Source: an uncultured Planctomycetia bacterium
GTDB lineage: Bacteria; Omnitrophota; Gorgyraeia; 2-02-FULL-51-18
Direction of reading: 5' to 3'
Assembly (NCBI GenBank): GCA_964606485.1
Contig: CAZSGP010000001.1
Coordinates: 417,085 to 481,084, forward strand
Length of the DNA stretch: 64,000 bases
This document shows positions 28,993 to 38,600 of this stretch, piece after piece (position 1 is the stretch's first letter; each line of letters opens with the position of its first letter). The notes beneath the pieces are model-generated. The model made no database searches. It was not told the DNA's origin and saw only the letters and a list, made by a program, of their open reading frames with translations. Position numbers and translations under genes: made by a program.

Positions 28993-29036
28993 TTGACAAA
29001 TAGTGATTATTAGTATATATTTTTAATAAATACTAA
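28993..29036 (+). promoter_or_regulatory. Sigma70-like promoter (TTGACA-17-TATATT) overlapped by a 7-bp inverted repeat TTAGTAT-N13-ATACTAA
   Basis: Positions 28993-28998 and 29016-29021; inverted repeat at 29010-29016 and 29030-29036. Upstream of the DUF883 gene. Confidence 0.4.
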
Positions 29037-29079
29037 CAATGTTTAACAAATCTAATCAATTGAAAGGAACGTTGACTCT

Positions 29080-29319
29080 ATGAATACCGTTGCTAATGGA
29101 CACCGCAAGATGGATCGCACAATTTTGGATTTAGCGCATGCCGCTAAGAGCAAAGCTGAGGCGTTGAAGAAACAAGTGCTCAATCAGTACTCCGACGCCA
29201 AAGATGCGGTTGAAGATATCGACAAACAGGCTCATCGTCACCCTTGGGAACTGATTGCCAAGATCGCTTTTGCGAGCGCAGCTGTCGGATTTTGTTTTGG
29301 CTGGTTAAAACGAAAATAA
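29080..29319 (+). CDS. DUF883/ElaB/YqjD-family protein (C-terminal membrane anchor)
   Basis: 79 aa. HPWELIAKIAFASAAVGFCFGWL C-terminal anchor typical of ElaB/YqjD. Confidence 0.6.
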   Translation: MNTVANGHRKMDRTILDLAHAAKSKAEALKKQVLNQYSDAKDAVEDIDKQAHRHPWELIAKIAFASAAVGFCFGWLKRK

Positions 29320-29335
29320 TAAGGATCTTTTCTGG

Positions 29336-29374
29336 ACGGCCCGGTCATTTTTGACGGGCCGTTTTTATTTTTTG
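29336..29374 (+). terminator. Rho-independent terminator
   Basis: ACGGCCCG-gtcatttttga-CGGGCCGT followed by TTTTTATTTTTT. Confidence 0.7.
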
Positions 29375-29393
29375 TGTTACAATCTACCGCATT

Positions 29394-30492
29394 ATGAAAA
29401 AAGATTTGTTGGAAAAAATGAAGGCATCCGCTGAAAAGATCGATGCCTTGGGGAGGTTTCTTTGACGTCCCCAGTATGGAAAAAAGAATTCTCGAATTGG
29501 AAGCCGAAGTCTCTAGCCCTGCCTTTTGGGATAACCCCGATAACAAGAATAAAGTGATTCAAGAGTTAAAGCGTCTCAAAAGCCAAACGGGACCGTATTT
29601 GGTTCTTCAAAAACAGCGTGCTGAAACCGAAGAAATGCTTTCCATTATCGATGAGTCGGATCTGGTCTCGCTCAAGCAATTGGACGGCGAAATCGATCTT
29701 CTCTCAAAGCAGATCGACGCGCTCGAATTTCAAAAACTTTTAAGTGGTCCGAATGACGCCGCGAGCGCGATTTTAAGCATCAACGCCGGCGCCGGCGGAA
29801 CCGAGTCTTGCGACTGGGCCTCAATGTTACTCAGAATGTACACGCGCTGGGCCGAAGAGCAGGGACATAGGACGTCGATGATCGACGTGCTTCCCGGCGA
29901 AGAAGCGGGGATTAAAAACGTAACACTGCTCATCGAAGGCGATTACGCGTACGGATATTTGAAAGCGGAGACCGGCGTGCATCGCTTGGTTCGTATTTCG
30001 CCATTTGATTCCAACAAGCGCCGGCACACGTCGTTTGCCTCGGTCGAAGCCATTCCGGAAGTCGATGACGCGATTGATATTCAAATAAAAGAAGAAGAGC
30101 TTCGCATTGACGTGTTTCGTTCCGGCGGAAAAGGCGGACAGGGCGTCAACACCACGGACTCGGCAGTCAGAATCACTCATTTACCAACCAACACTGTGGT
30201 GCAGTGCCAAAACGAGCGCTCTCAGATTAAAAATAGGGCCACGGCGCTCAAAGTTTTGAAAAGCCGTTTGTACGAAAAAGAAATGCAAAAACGCGAAGCC
30301 GAAGCGCAAAAACAATACGGCCAAAAAAAAGAAATTTCATGGGGAAGTCAGATTCGTTCGTATGTGCTTCATCCGTACAACATGGTCAAAGATCACCGCA
30401 CCGATCACGAAACGTCGAATGCGACGGCTGTGCTCGATGGGCGGCTCACACCATTTATGGAAGCGTATTTAAAATCACAAGGGGCCTCATAA
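29394..30492 (+). CDS. prfB: Peptide chain release factor 2 with programmed +1 ribosomal frameshift
   Basis: Frame 0 runs ATG 29394 ... GGG AGG TTT CTT TGA (stop 29463-29465). The +1 frame continues GAC GTC CCC... = [15 protein letters not shown]... to 30492. The frameshift cassette GGGGAGG-ttt-CTT-TGA-C has the internal SD 3 nt upstream of CUU and a weak UGA-C stop. SPF and GGQ motifs lie downstream. Confidence 0.9.
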
Positions 30493-30493
30493 A

Positions 30494-33070
30494 ATGATTG
30501 GATGGGTTTTAGCAAAAATTTTCGGAACGCAAAATGAACGAGTTTTGGGGCGTCTGAAGCCATTGGTGGCTCAGGTCAATGATTGGGAAGCAACGATCCA
30601 AAAATTATCGGATCCCGAACTTCAAGCGAAGACCACCGAATTTCGCGATCGCCTCCAAAAAGGTGAGACGCTTGATGAATTGCTTCCCGAGGCATTTGCA
30701 GTCGTTCGCGAAGCGAGTGTGCGCGTTTTAAAAATGCGCCATTTTGATGTTCAGCTCATTGGGGGTATGGCGCTTCACAAAGGAATGATTGCCGAAATGG
30801 CCACCGGTGAAGGAAAAACACTGATGGCGACACTGCCGGTGTATCTGAACGCACTGTCCGGAAAAGGCGTACATGTCGTGACGGTGAATGACTACCTCGC
30901 TAAGCGCGACCGTGAGTGGATGGGGCCATTGTATGAATTTTTAGGGCTTACGATCGGCGTGATTCAGCATGGCATTCACAATGCGGACCGTCAAAAGGCG
31001 TACGGCTCGGACATCACCTACGGAACAAATAACGAATTCGGTTTTGATTATTTACGCGACAACATGGTGCGCCACGTGTCTCAGCGCGTTCAGCGTCCGC
31101 TTAATTTTGCCATTGTCGACGAAGTGGACAGCATTTTGATTGACGAAGCGCGCACGCCGCTGATTATTTCCGGTCCCAGCGAAGAATCCACCGATAAATA
31201 CGCCAAAATTGACAAAATCATTCCGTATTTAAAGAAAGAAGAGCACTATCAGATCGAAGAAAAAACCCGCACAGTGTCGCTCACCGACGCGGGGAATAAA
31301 AAAATCGAAGAGCTGCTGCACGTGGATAATTTGTATGATCCCAATAACGTGGAGCTTGTGCATCACGTCAGTCAAGCGCTGAGAGCACACACACTGTTTA
31401 AAGCGGATGTCGATTATGTGGTGAAAGACAACGAAGTCATCATTGTTGATGAGTTCACCGGCCGCCTCATGCCGGGTCGCCGGTATTCGGACGGACTGCA
31501 CCAGGCGCTTGAAGCCAAAGAGGGTGTGAAGGTTGAAGAAGAAAACCAAACGCTTGCCACGGTGACGTTTCAAAATTATTTTAGACTCTATCAGAAGTTA
31601 GCCGGTATGACCGGAACCGCTCTCACTGAAGCGCACGAATTTCATGAAATTTATAAATTAAACGTTTTAGTGGTTCCCACGAACCGTCCGATGAATCGTA
31701 AAAATCATGCCGACCGCGTCTACCGCACCGAACGCGAAAAATTCAACGCCGTCGTGAATGAAATTATTGAACTTCACAAAAAAGGACAGCCGGTGCTCGT
31801 CGGAACAATTTCCATCGAAAAATCTGAAACTTTGAGTTCGCAGTTGAGACGCGCCAACGTGCTTCACAATGTGTTGAATGCCAAGTATCACGAGCAGGAA
31901 GCCGAAATCATTAAACAAGCCGGTCAGCGCAGCACGGTGACGATTGCCACCAACATGGCGGGTCGCGGAACGGATATCGTGCTCGGCGAAGGCGTAAAAG
32001 ATTTGGGTGGGCTGCACGTGCTCGGCACCGAGCGCCATGAAGCGCGTCGCATTGACAATCAGCTGCGCGGACGCTCTGGCCGCCAAGGCGACCCAGGATC
32101 CTCGCGTTTTTATTTATCGCTAGAAGATGATCTGATGCGCATATTTGGATCGGACCGTATTTCCACGTTCATGCAAAAGCTCGGCATGGAAGAGGGTCAG
32201 GAAATCGAACATCCGCTGATTAGCCGTTCAATCGAAACCGCGCAAAAGCGCGTCGAAGGCCGCAATTTCGAAATCCGTAAACAGCTTTTGGAATACGACA
32301 ACGTCATGAACCGCCAGCGCGAGGTGATTTACGAAGAGCGGCGCAAGGTGCTGGAAGGGGAAGATTTAAAAGAGCATTATCTCGGAATGATTGAAGAAGT
32401 GGCCGACGAACTCGCCGCAAGTTATCACTCCAAAGAAGAAGGCTCATTCAAAAGTTTCTCGGATATGGTTAAAAATATTTTTCCGATCACGTTCGACGAG
32501 TTGGAAGGTTTAGAGGGCGACGCATTGGCCGACCAACTCATTGAGCGCGCCAAAGCGGCTTATGAAGCCAAGGAAAAACAAGTAAGCACCGATTTCTTGA
32601 GACATTTGGAGCGGATGATTTTGCTCGATGTTGTGGACTCGAAGTGGAAGCAGCATTTGCGAAATATGGACGATCTGCGCGAGGGAATCGGTCTGCGCGC
32701 CTACGGCCAAAAAGACCCGCTCGTCGAATACAAGCGCGAAGCTTACGAAGCGTTTCAGGTGATGGTGGGCGCTATCAAAGAAGACGCGCTCTCGTTTGTG
32801 TTTCGTGTTCAACCGGCGACTGAAACACCGGAAGGTCTTCGCCCTGCGGATTCTCCGAGAAAAGAAACTCCGAGCCGCCTGCAATTTTTACACCCCGATG
32901 CTTCGAGTGCCAAGCCGGTATTGCCGTCCGAAGTACTGGGTGAGCCAGAGACTCTTGCCTCAAGCGAACCTCGCCGCGGCGTGACGATTGAGGCGGACGA
33001 TAAAACTGGCCGCAACGACCCGTGCCCATGCGGCTCCGGAAAAAAATACAAAAAGTGTCACGGGTCCTAG
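30494..33070 (+). CDS. secA: Preprotein translocase ATPase SecA
   Basis: 858 aa. MATGEGKTL Walker A, DEAD-like motor, and a C-terminal zinc finger [14 protein letters not shown]. Confidence 0.95.
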   Translation: MIGWVLAKIFGTQNERVLGRLKPLVAQVNDWEATIQKLSDPELQAKTTEFRDRLQKGETLDELLPEAFAVVREASVRVLKMRHFDVQLIGGMALHKGMIAEMATGEGKTLMATLPVYLNALSGKGVHVVTVNDYLAKRDREWMGPLYEFLGLTIGVIQHGIHNADRQKAYGSDITYGTNNEFGFDYLRDNMVRHVSQRVQRPLNFAIVDEVDSILIDEARTPLIISGPSEESTDKYAKIDKIIPYLKKEEHYQIEEKTRTVSLTDAGNKKIEELLHVDNLYDPNNVELVHHVSQALRAHTLFKADVDYVVKDNEVIIVDEFTGRLMPGRRYSDGLHQALEAKEGVKVEEENQTLATVTFQNYFRLYQKLAGMTGTALTEAHEFHEIYKLNVLVVPTNRPMNRKNHADRVYRTEREKFNAVVNEIIELHKKGQPVLVGTISIEKSETLSSQLRRANVLHNVLNAKYHEQEAEIIKQAGQRSTVTIATNMAGRGTDIVLGEGVKDLGGLHVLGTERHEARRIDNQLRGRSGRQGDPGSSRFYLSLEDDLMRIFGSDRISTFMQKLGMEEGQEIEHPLISRSIETAQKRVEGRNFEIRKQLLEYDNVMNRQREVIYEERRKVLEGEDLKEHYLGMIEEVADELAASYHSKEEGSFKSFSDMVKNIFPITFDELEGLEGDALADQLIERAKAAYEAKEKQVSTDFLRHLERMILLDVVDSKWKQHLRNMDDLREGIGLRAYGQKDPLVEYKREAYEAFQVMVGAIKEDALSFVFRVQPATETPEGLRPADSPRKETPSRLQFLHPDASSAKPVLPSEVLGEPETLASSEPRRGVTIEADDKTGRNDPCPCGSGKKYKKCHGS

Positions 33071-33077
33071 AGAACGG

Positions 33078-34616
33078 ATGCCAAGCTCTTTTGTTCTGAT
33101 GTTGGCTTCGGCCATCTTGCTTGTGCTGCCATTTCATTGTGGCAGTCTGGGTTTCCTCGCATTTTTTGCGCTCATCCCTTATTTCACACTGCTTAAAAAT
33201 AAAGAAGCCGGCGAAGCTTTTAAAATTTCCTATTGGACCGGACTTTTATTTTTTGCCTTGATGGGGTATTGGCTCAATTGGGTGAACGTGCTCGGGTTTG
33301 CGCTGCTGGTGCTGTATCTCGCACTTTATTTTGGTTTATTTGGGTACTGGGCTTCGAAGTTTATTCATTCCTCGTCACTGCGCACCGTGTTTTACATCCC
33401 CGCATTTTGGGTGGCGCTCGAATTTGTGCGCGGGTTTTTATTCAGCGGACTGCCGTGGGGCTTACTGGGATACAGCCAATGGAAAAGCATTGTTTGGATT
33501 CAAATTTCAGATCTCACCGGCGCGTGGGGCGTGTCGTATTTTGTGCTGCTTATAAACGTGCTTCTTTTTAAGATCATCGACGTGTGGCGTCTCAAAGTCT
33601 TACGGGGGCGCTTGATCGGCATTCTATTTATTGCGCTCGTCGTGGTGGCAAGCTACGGCGAATATCAGCTCATGAGCTGGAAAAATTATTTTAATGGCCC
33701 TTCTAAAAAAGCGGCTTTTAAAGTCTCGGTGTTGCAAGGCAATATTCCGCAAGAACAGAAATGGGACGCCAAGATTAAAGGCATTATTTTTGAAAAATAC
33801 AAACGCCTCACCTTGATGGCAGCGCTTCAAAAACCCGATTTGATTGTGTGGCCCGAAACGTCTTTTCCGGGGTTTTTGGAAGATGAGCCGACTCTCGCCG
33901 CGTCTTTGCGCAGTGTGGTGCGTCAGGCGCAAACGCCGGTTTTGGTTGGCGCGCCGGTGTTTGGAGATCTGGAAAAGGGCCTCAAGTTTTATAACAGCGG
34001 CGTTTACTACAGCGCGCAGGGCGAGGAGAAGGGGCGTTACAGCAAAATTCACCTCGTCCCATTTGGGGAGTACGTTCCCTTTGAGCCGCTAATCGGATTC
34101 ATTCGCCATTTTGTCACGATTGGGCATTTTAGTGCCGGATCCGAAAAAACCGTGTTTGAGTTGAAGCCCCGCGATGCGAGCCTAGGCTACTCCGCGCGCT
34201 TTAGCACGCTGATCTGCTACGAAGATATTTTTCCGGGACTGGTTCGCGGCTTTTGTTTGAATGGAGCTAATTTACTCGTGAATATCACAAACGACGCCTG
34301 GTTTGGTAAAACCACCGCCCCTTATCAGCATGCGCAAGGGTCAATTTTCCGGGCGGTGGAAAACCGTGTTCCCGTCGTGCGCTCGACGAATACAGGGCTA
34401 TCCTGTTTCATTTCCCAGACGGGGGAGATCCTTTCTTCTGTAAAGGATAGTGGCGAGGAAATCATGGTGACGGGTCACGCCACCGAAACCCTGATGCTGC
34501 GGAAAATCACAACCTTTTATACGCGGTTTGGGGAGGTATTTATGGTGCTGATCGGCTTTCTTTGCTTCTTGGCTTACCGCGACCGGGCCGCCCAAAACGA
34601 CTACTCAAAAATTTGA
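33078..34616 (+). CDS. lnt: Apolipoprotein N-acyltransferase Lnt (CN-hydrolase)
   Basis: N-terminal polytopic membrane domain plus a C-terminal nitrilase-like domain (VWPET...; LICYE). Start moved to the ATG at 33078 (MPSSFVLML). Confidence 0.85.
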   Translation: MPSSFVLMLASAILLVLPFHCGSLGFLAFFALIPYFTLLKNKEAGEAFKISYWTGLLFFALMGYWLNWVNVLGFALLVLYLALYFGLFGYWASKFIHSSSLRTVFYIPAFWVALEFVRGFLFSGLPWGLLGYSQWKSIVWIQISDLTGAWGVSYFVLLINVLLFKIIDVWRLKVLRGRLIGILFIALVVVASYGEYQLMSWKNYFNGPSKKAAFKVSVLQGNIPQEQKWDAKIKGIIFEKYKRLTLMAALQKPDLIVWPETSFPGFLEDEPTLAASLRSVVRQAQTPVLVGAPVFGDLEKGLKFYNSGVYYSAQGEEKGRYSKIHLVPFGEYVPFEPLIGFIRHFVTIGHFSAGSEKTVFELKPRDASLGYSARFSTLICYEDIFPGLVRGFCLNGANLLVNITNDAWFGKTTAPYQHAQGSIFRAVENRVPVVRSTNTGLSCFISQTGEILSSVKDSGEEIMVTGHATETLMLRKITTFYTRFGEVFMVLIGFLCFLAYRDRAAQNDYSKI

Positions 34617-34692
34617 ACCAAAGGGGTGCTTGTGATAAAGTACCCCTCGTCTTAAAAGTAACGTTTGTCCAATCAAAGGAGCTAAAGAGGGA

Positions 34693-35028
34693 ATGAAAAA
34701 GTCGTTTGCAATACTCGCGGCGTTTGTCGCAGTGATCGGATTTTCAGGATTGTCTTTTGCGGAAGATAAGAATTTGGTTGAGAACATTGCCGACGGAACC
34801 GGACAAGTGGTTGCCGGAGCCGCCAATGGTGTTGGAACCGTTGTGGCCGGTACGCCCGATGCGACGAAAAACGTCGTAGAAGGAACCGCCAATGCTACCG
34901 GAACGGTAATTGCCGGAACCCCTGATGCCACGAAGAATGTGGTCGAAGGAACTGGAAACGCCGTTGTAACTGTTGCTAAAACGGTGACGGGTCAGAATTT
35001 TTCCAGCGGAAACAAGAAAAAAGCTTAA
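34693..35028 (+). CDS. Small secreted protein with tandem ~22-aa repeats
   Basis: Signal peptide MKKSFAILAAFVAVIGFSGLSFA. Repeats VVAGTPDATKNVVEGTANATGTV / IAGTPDATKNVVEGTGNAVVTV. Confidence 0.5.
   Translation: MKKSFAILAAFVAVIGFSGLSFAEDKNLVENIADGTGQVVAGAANGVGTVVAGTPDATKNVVEGTANATGTVIAGTPDATKNVVEGTGNAVVTVAKTVTGQNFSSGNKKKA
34801..34975 (+). repeat. Tandem 66-nt coding repeat (2.5 copies) inside the small secreted protein gene
   Basis: gccggtacgcccgatgcgacgaaaaacgtcgtagaaggaacc recurs as gccggaacccctgatgccacgaagaatgtggtcgaaggaact. Confidence 0.5.
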
Positions 35029-35041
35029 GATTTAAAATAAG

Positions 35042-35076
35042 AAAACCGGGAGGCCTCACGGCTTCCCGGTTTTTTT
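35042..35076. terminator. Bidirectional rho-independent terminator between convergent genes
   Basis: AAAA-CCGGGAGGCC-tcac-GGCTTCCCGG-TTTTTTT: 10-bp stem with one G-U, A tract on one side and T tract on the other. Confidence 0.7.
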
Positions 35077-35087
35077 GTGCCTAAAAA

Positions 35088-35474
35088 TTACTTTTTAACG
35101 CTGTCGAGAGTCAGTTGAACCGATTGAATAACTTTTTTAGATTCAAAGGGTTTTGGAATGTAATCCGCAGCACCTAGCTTGATGGCTTCCTGAGCGATCT
35201 CCACGCTTTGATAACCGCTCACGATGATGACCGGAAGCGCAGGGCGCACCTTCTTGATCTGCTTTAAGATTTCAAGGCCGTGAAGTTTAGGCATTTTGAT
35301 ATCCAAGAGCATCACGTCAGGGGAGAAAGTCTTTAAAAGTTCAACGGCCTCAAGGCCATTGTGCGATAGGCGAATATTATAGAAGTCCGCCAAAATCAGC
35401 TTGAGCGACTCGCGAATACCTTCCTCGTCGTCGCAGATGAGAACCGTTTTCCTCGATGCATCATGGTTTGCCAT
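35088..35474 (-). CDS. Single-domain response regulator (CheY-like receiver)
   Basis: 128 aa. LICDDEEGIRESL with conserved Asp (MLLDIKMP), T/S (IIVSGY) and Lys (IPKPF). No output domain. No cognate kinase adjacent. Confidence 0.8.
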   Translation of the reverse strand: MANHDASRKTVLICDDEEGIRESLKLILADFYNIRLSHNGLEAVELLKTFSPDVMLLDIKMPKLHGLEILKQIKKVRPALPVIIVSGYQSVEIAQEAIKLGAADYIPKPFESKKVIQSVQLTLDSVKK

Positions 35475-35553
35475 TAAATTCTCCTTATTGAAAGTGTGAA
35501 AGAAACTCTACCATGAATTTGAATAATAATCAAATGCCCTGTCGCATCTCTTA

Positions 35554-35606
35554 ATTTGATTATAAATCAAATAAATGTTGACATAAATGAATCCCGCGTG
35601 TAATCT
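35554..35606 (+). promoter_or_regulatory. Promoter of the giant gene (TTGACA-17-TAATCT) preceded by a perfect 19-bp palindrome ATTTGATT-ATA-AATCAAAT
   Basis: Palindrome 35554-35572; a third AATCAAAT copy at 35528-35535. -35 at 35578-35583, -10 at 35601-35606. RBS GGGAGGAG before the ATG at 35641. Confidence 0.5.
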
Positions 35607-35640
35607 TTGGTTATCGTTGACCGTTTGGGAGGAGCTCGGC

Positions 35641-38600
35641 ATGAAAAAATCAAAAATTTTAATGAAAGTCGTGGCTTGGGTTTTGGTGTTTAGCACATTT
35701 CTCCAGAGCGGCGCCTGGGCACTGACTCCGCGGGAACTTTTGGACCAGGCGAAAGCGTCGTTTGGGTTTATGAGCGAGGATCATCACCAAGGCGGGGGAT
35801 TGAGTGCTGCCGGATTAGCCACGACGCAGTCTCAAGCGCAGAGCGCGGTCGATCAGCAGAACGTTTTGCAGGATCTTCAGGGGATGAATTTTAGTCTCAC
35901 CACTCAAAACGGCGACACACTGAGCTATGTCCAAAACACATTGTCTCAAATTACTCGTCCAGACGGAACCACTCTGAATAACATTTCTCAAGATTCGAGT
36001 GGCAACATTACCGGGGCCAACCTTCTTTTGAGTGACGGGACCGTGCAGGTTCTGCAAGGTGGAAGCATTTTGGGGAGTCAGTCGCCCGACGGCGCTCAGG
36101 TTTTCTATGATCTGCAAACGGGAAAAATTCAAAGAACGGTTTCCGCAAGCGGAGAAGAAACGACTTATACCTATTCCGATACAGAAACCCTGTTAGAGAA
36201 CATTCATTTTCAAACTGTTTATGACACTGACCAAAAACTAAAGAAGATTGTTGATAAATCATCCGGTAAACAAAGTTTTTTTCAGGACGGAAGGCTTCAG
36301 CGAATTGTGTTGGCAGACCATTCTGAAATTTTATACAACTCTGCAGCCCAGGGAAACCAAATCAAGGTTTCGCTTGGCGCTTATAAGGATGCAAGCGGTA
36401 ATCTTTACACGTTTGACGCGAGTGGGCTTGTCACGCGCATTGAGTCGAGCGTTGGCGTGCGCTACGGCTCGCTCATTTGGGGCGTTGATCAAAAAATAAA
36501 AGACGCGGAGATTACTTTTTCGAATGGCTCAAGAGGGGTGTATCAGTCTCAGAAACTTGTCCGGCTCACAGATTCGTCGGGGCAGATTACAAATTTTACT
36601 TACACCGCGGACCGAATAGTGGCGGCGTCGAGTGGGGTGAGTTCAGAGTATCAGCTAGACGGAACACTCGTAAAGTCGACGGATTCTGTTGGTGGCCAGA
36701 GTTTTTATTTCACCAGCGGACTCCACAAGGGCTACAAAGAAAGAGAAGTCGATACAGCTGGAAATATTTTTGTTTATGAATATTCAGCTAATAACACAGT
36801 TGAGCGAAAACAAATTCTTCGATCTGAGCAGACAGTGACTACATTTGCTGGCCAATCCACGCTTTTGGCGCGCAACAACCCCTTTTTAGGATTCGAAGTT
36901 TCGTTTAATCAAGACACCGACACCCAAGGCGTGACCCTGCAAAGCCAGGGCTCCTATCCGCCGCTTCAAATTAAATTGATTCCCGGTCAGGACGCTCAAT
37001 GCACCATTGGTTCAAGTCCCGCGCAATTACTGGGTGTAAGAATTGAGAAGTCCGCGACTTATAAAGTTGAAATAAAATTAAGCCAAGCCAATGCTAAAAT
37101 TTTTATTTATAAATCAGGCACGCCCATTCCGCAAACTCCCACCAAAATTATTCAACAACGCGATTGGAATGCGCGCTTCAATCTTCAAGCCACAAACGCT
37201 CGTCTTGTGTTGGATTCGCGTTCAAGCGGCGTTTACCGAACGGCGGTGGAAACTTCAGATCGCCAAGCGGTTTACCGGACTGGGGCCGTGGTTGAACGCG
37301 TGGATTTTAGAATTGATCCGAATACTCAGAATCGCCCGAGCATTAGTCTGAATGCTGAGCAGAAAGATGCGGCCAATCACAGGCGCAGTTTCTCTATGGA
37401 ATACTCCAGCGGAAAATGGAGAATTCAGGCATACGGCGGCGGACCGCGCTCTCAAAGTTTTACGGTGAATCAAAATCTTCAGGCGGGTGTGGATTACGTG
37501 GCGGAGTTGCGCTTCGAAAATAACGCCCTCAATTTTTACGTTTACCCAAGCGCTCAAGCGCGACCCGCGAGTCCAACAGCAACGCTCAGCGCGCTTTCAA
37601 ACGCTGGCGCACGATTTTCGTCAAGCCTCGATAAAGCGCAAGGCACAGCCCAAGTTTTTTACAATCTGCAATCGGTTTCACTGCAAAGTGTGAAAGGGAA
37701 GGCTTTGCCTCAGGAGATGGACCCTGTTCGCAATGATCCTAATTTTTGGCTTGTTCAGCCGGCGCAAAGCGTTTTGGAAGCCGCTTCACCCGCAAAAATG
37801 ATTCTTTATGGTCAGACCGGCCAGATGGAGCGCGTTGAGAAATGGGACGGCTCAAAATTTATTTTTACAAATGGCGCTTTGTCTCAAATGTTGGATCCCC
37901 AAGGAAATATCACTCAGCTTTCGGTTAACTCTTCCGATCTTGGAAATATTCTTGGAGCGACGATTGAGCAGAGTGGGGCCGAGTCGCATTACAACGCCGA
38001 GGGAAAATTAGAAACCGTGCGGGTGGGAGACATAACGGTTCATTATAAAAGACAAGATTCTTCGGCTTCGCCTCAGAATGACGGGGGAATTGATTATCTT
38101 GAAAAATCGGATGGAACCGAAATTCACGACATTGTTTTTGGTGGTCAAGGTGAAATTCAAAACGCGTCGGTTTATTTGACGGATGGCCGTATTAAATTTT
38201 ATGAGAATGGTCATCTGGTTAAGAGCGTAGAAGCAGATCGCTCCCAGATTTTCTTTGTGAATGACCAAGCCACGCAAATGATTACGCCTCAGGACCTGCA
38301 TTACGATTTTAATTACATGCCCGGACAGATTGAGGCGGTTCTGAATGTCGGATCTGTCATTCCCGCGCAGGCGGGAATCAGCGTGGATCCCCGCTTCCGC
38401 GCGGATGACACCGTTGTCCGGATGGTCTACGACTCCAATTTCAATCTCCAGAGCATGGTCCGGCAAAATAACGAAATCATCAATTTCTCCGGCAATCACA
38501 TTCAGTCGATTTTGACTCCCAGTCAGTTGCCGCAAACCGTTGTGCAGTTGGCTGAGGGTTACAAAGTTCTACAGGACAACACTGAAACGTTTTACGACTC

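Noticed and set aside
29375-29383. Extended -10 (TGtTACAAT) as the prfB promoter
   Set aside because: It overlaps the upstream terminator T-tract and lies only ~10 nt from the ATG, which would imply a near-leaderless mRNA. This is possible but unsupported, so it was not listed as a feature.
38008-38535. 175-aa minus-strand ORF inside the giant gene
   Set aside because: Antisense shadow ORF in a continuous 8.8-kb coding frame; the giant gene is supported by signal peptide, repeats and RBS.
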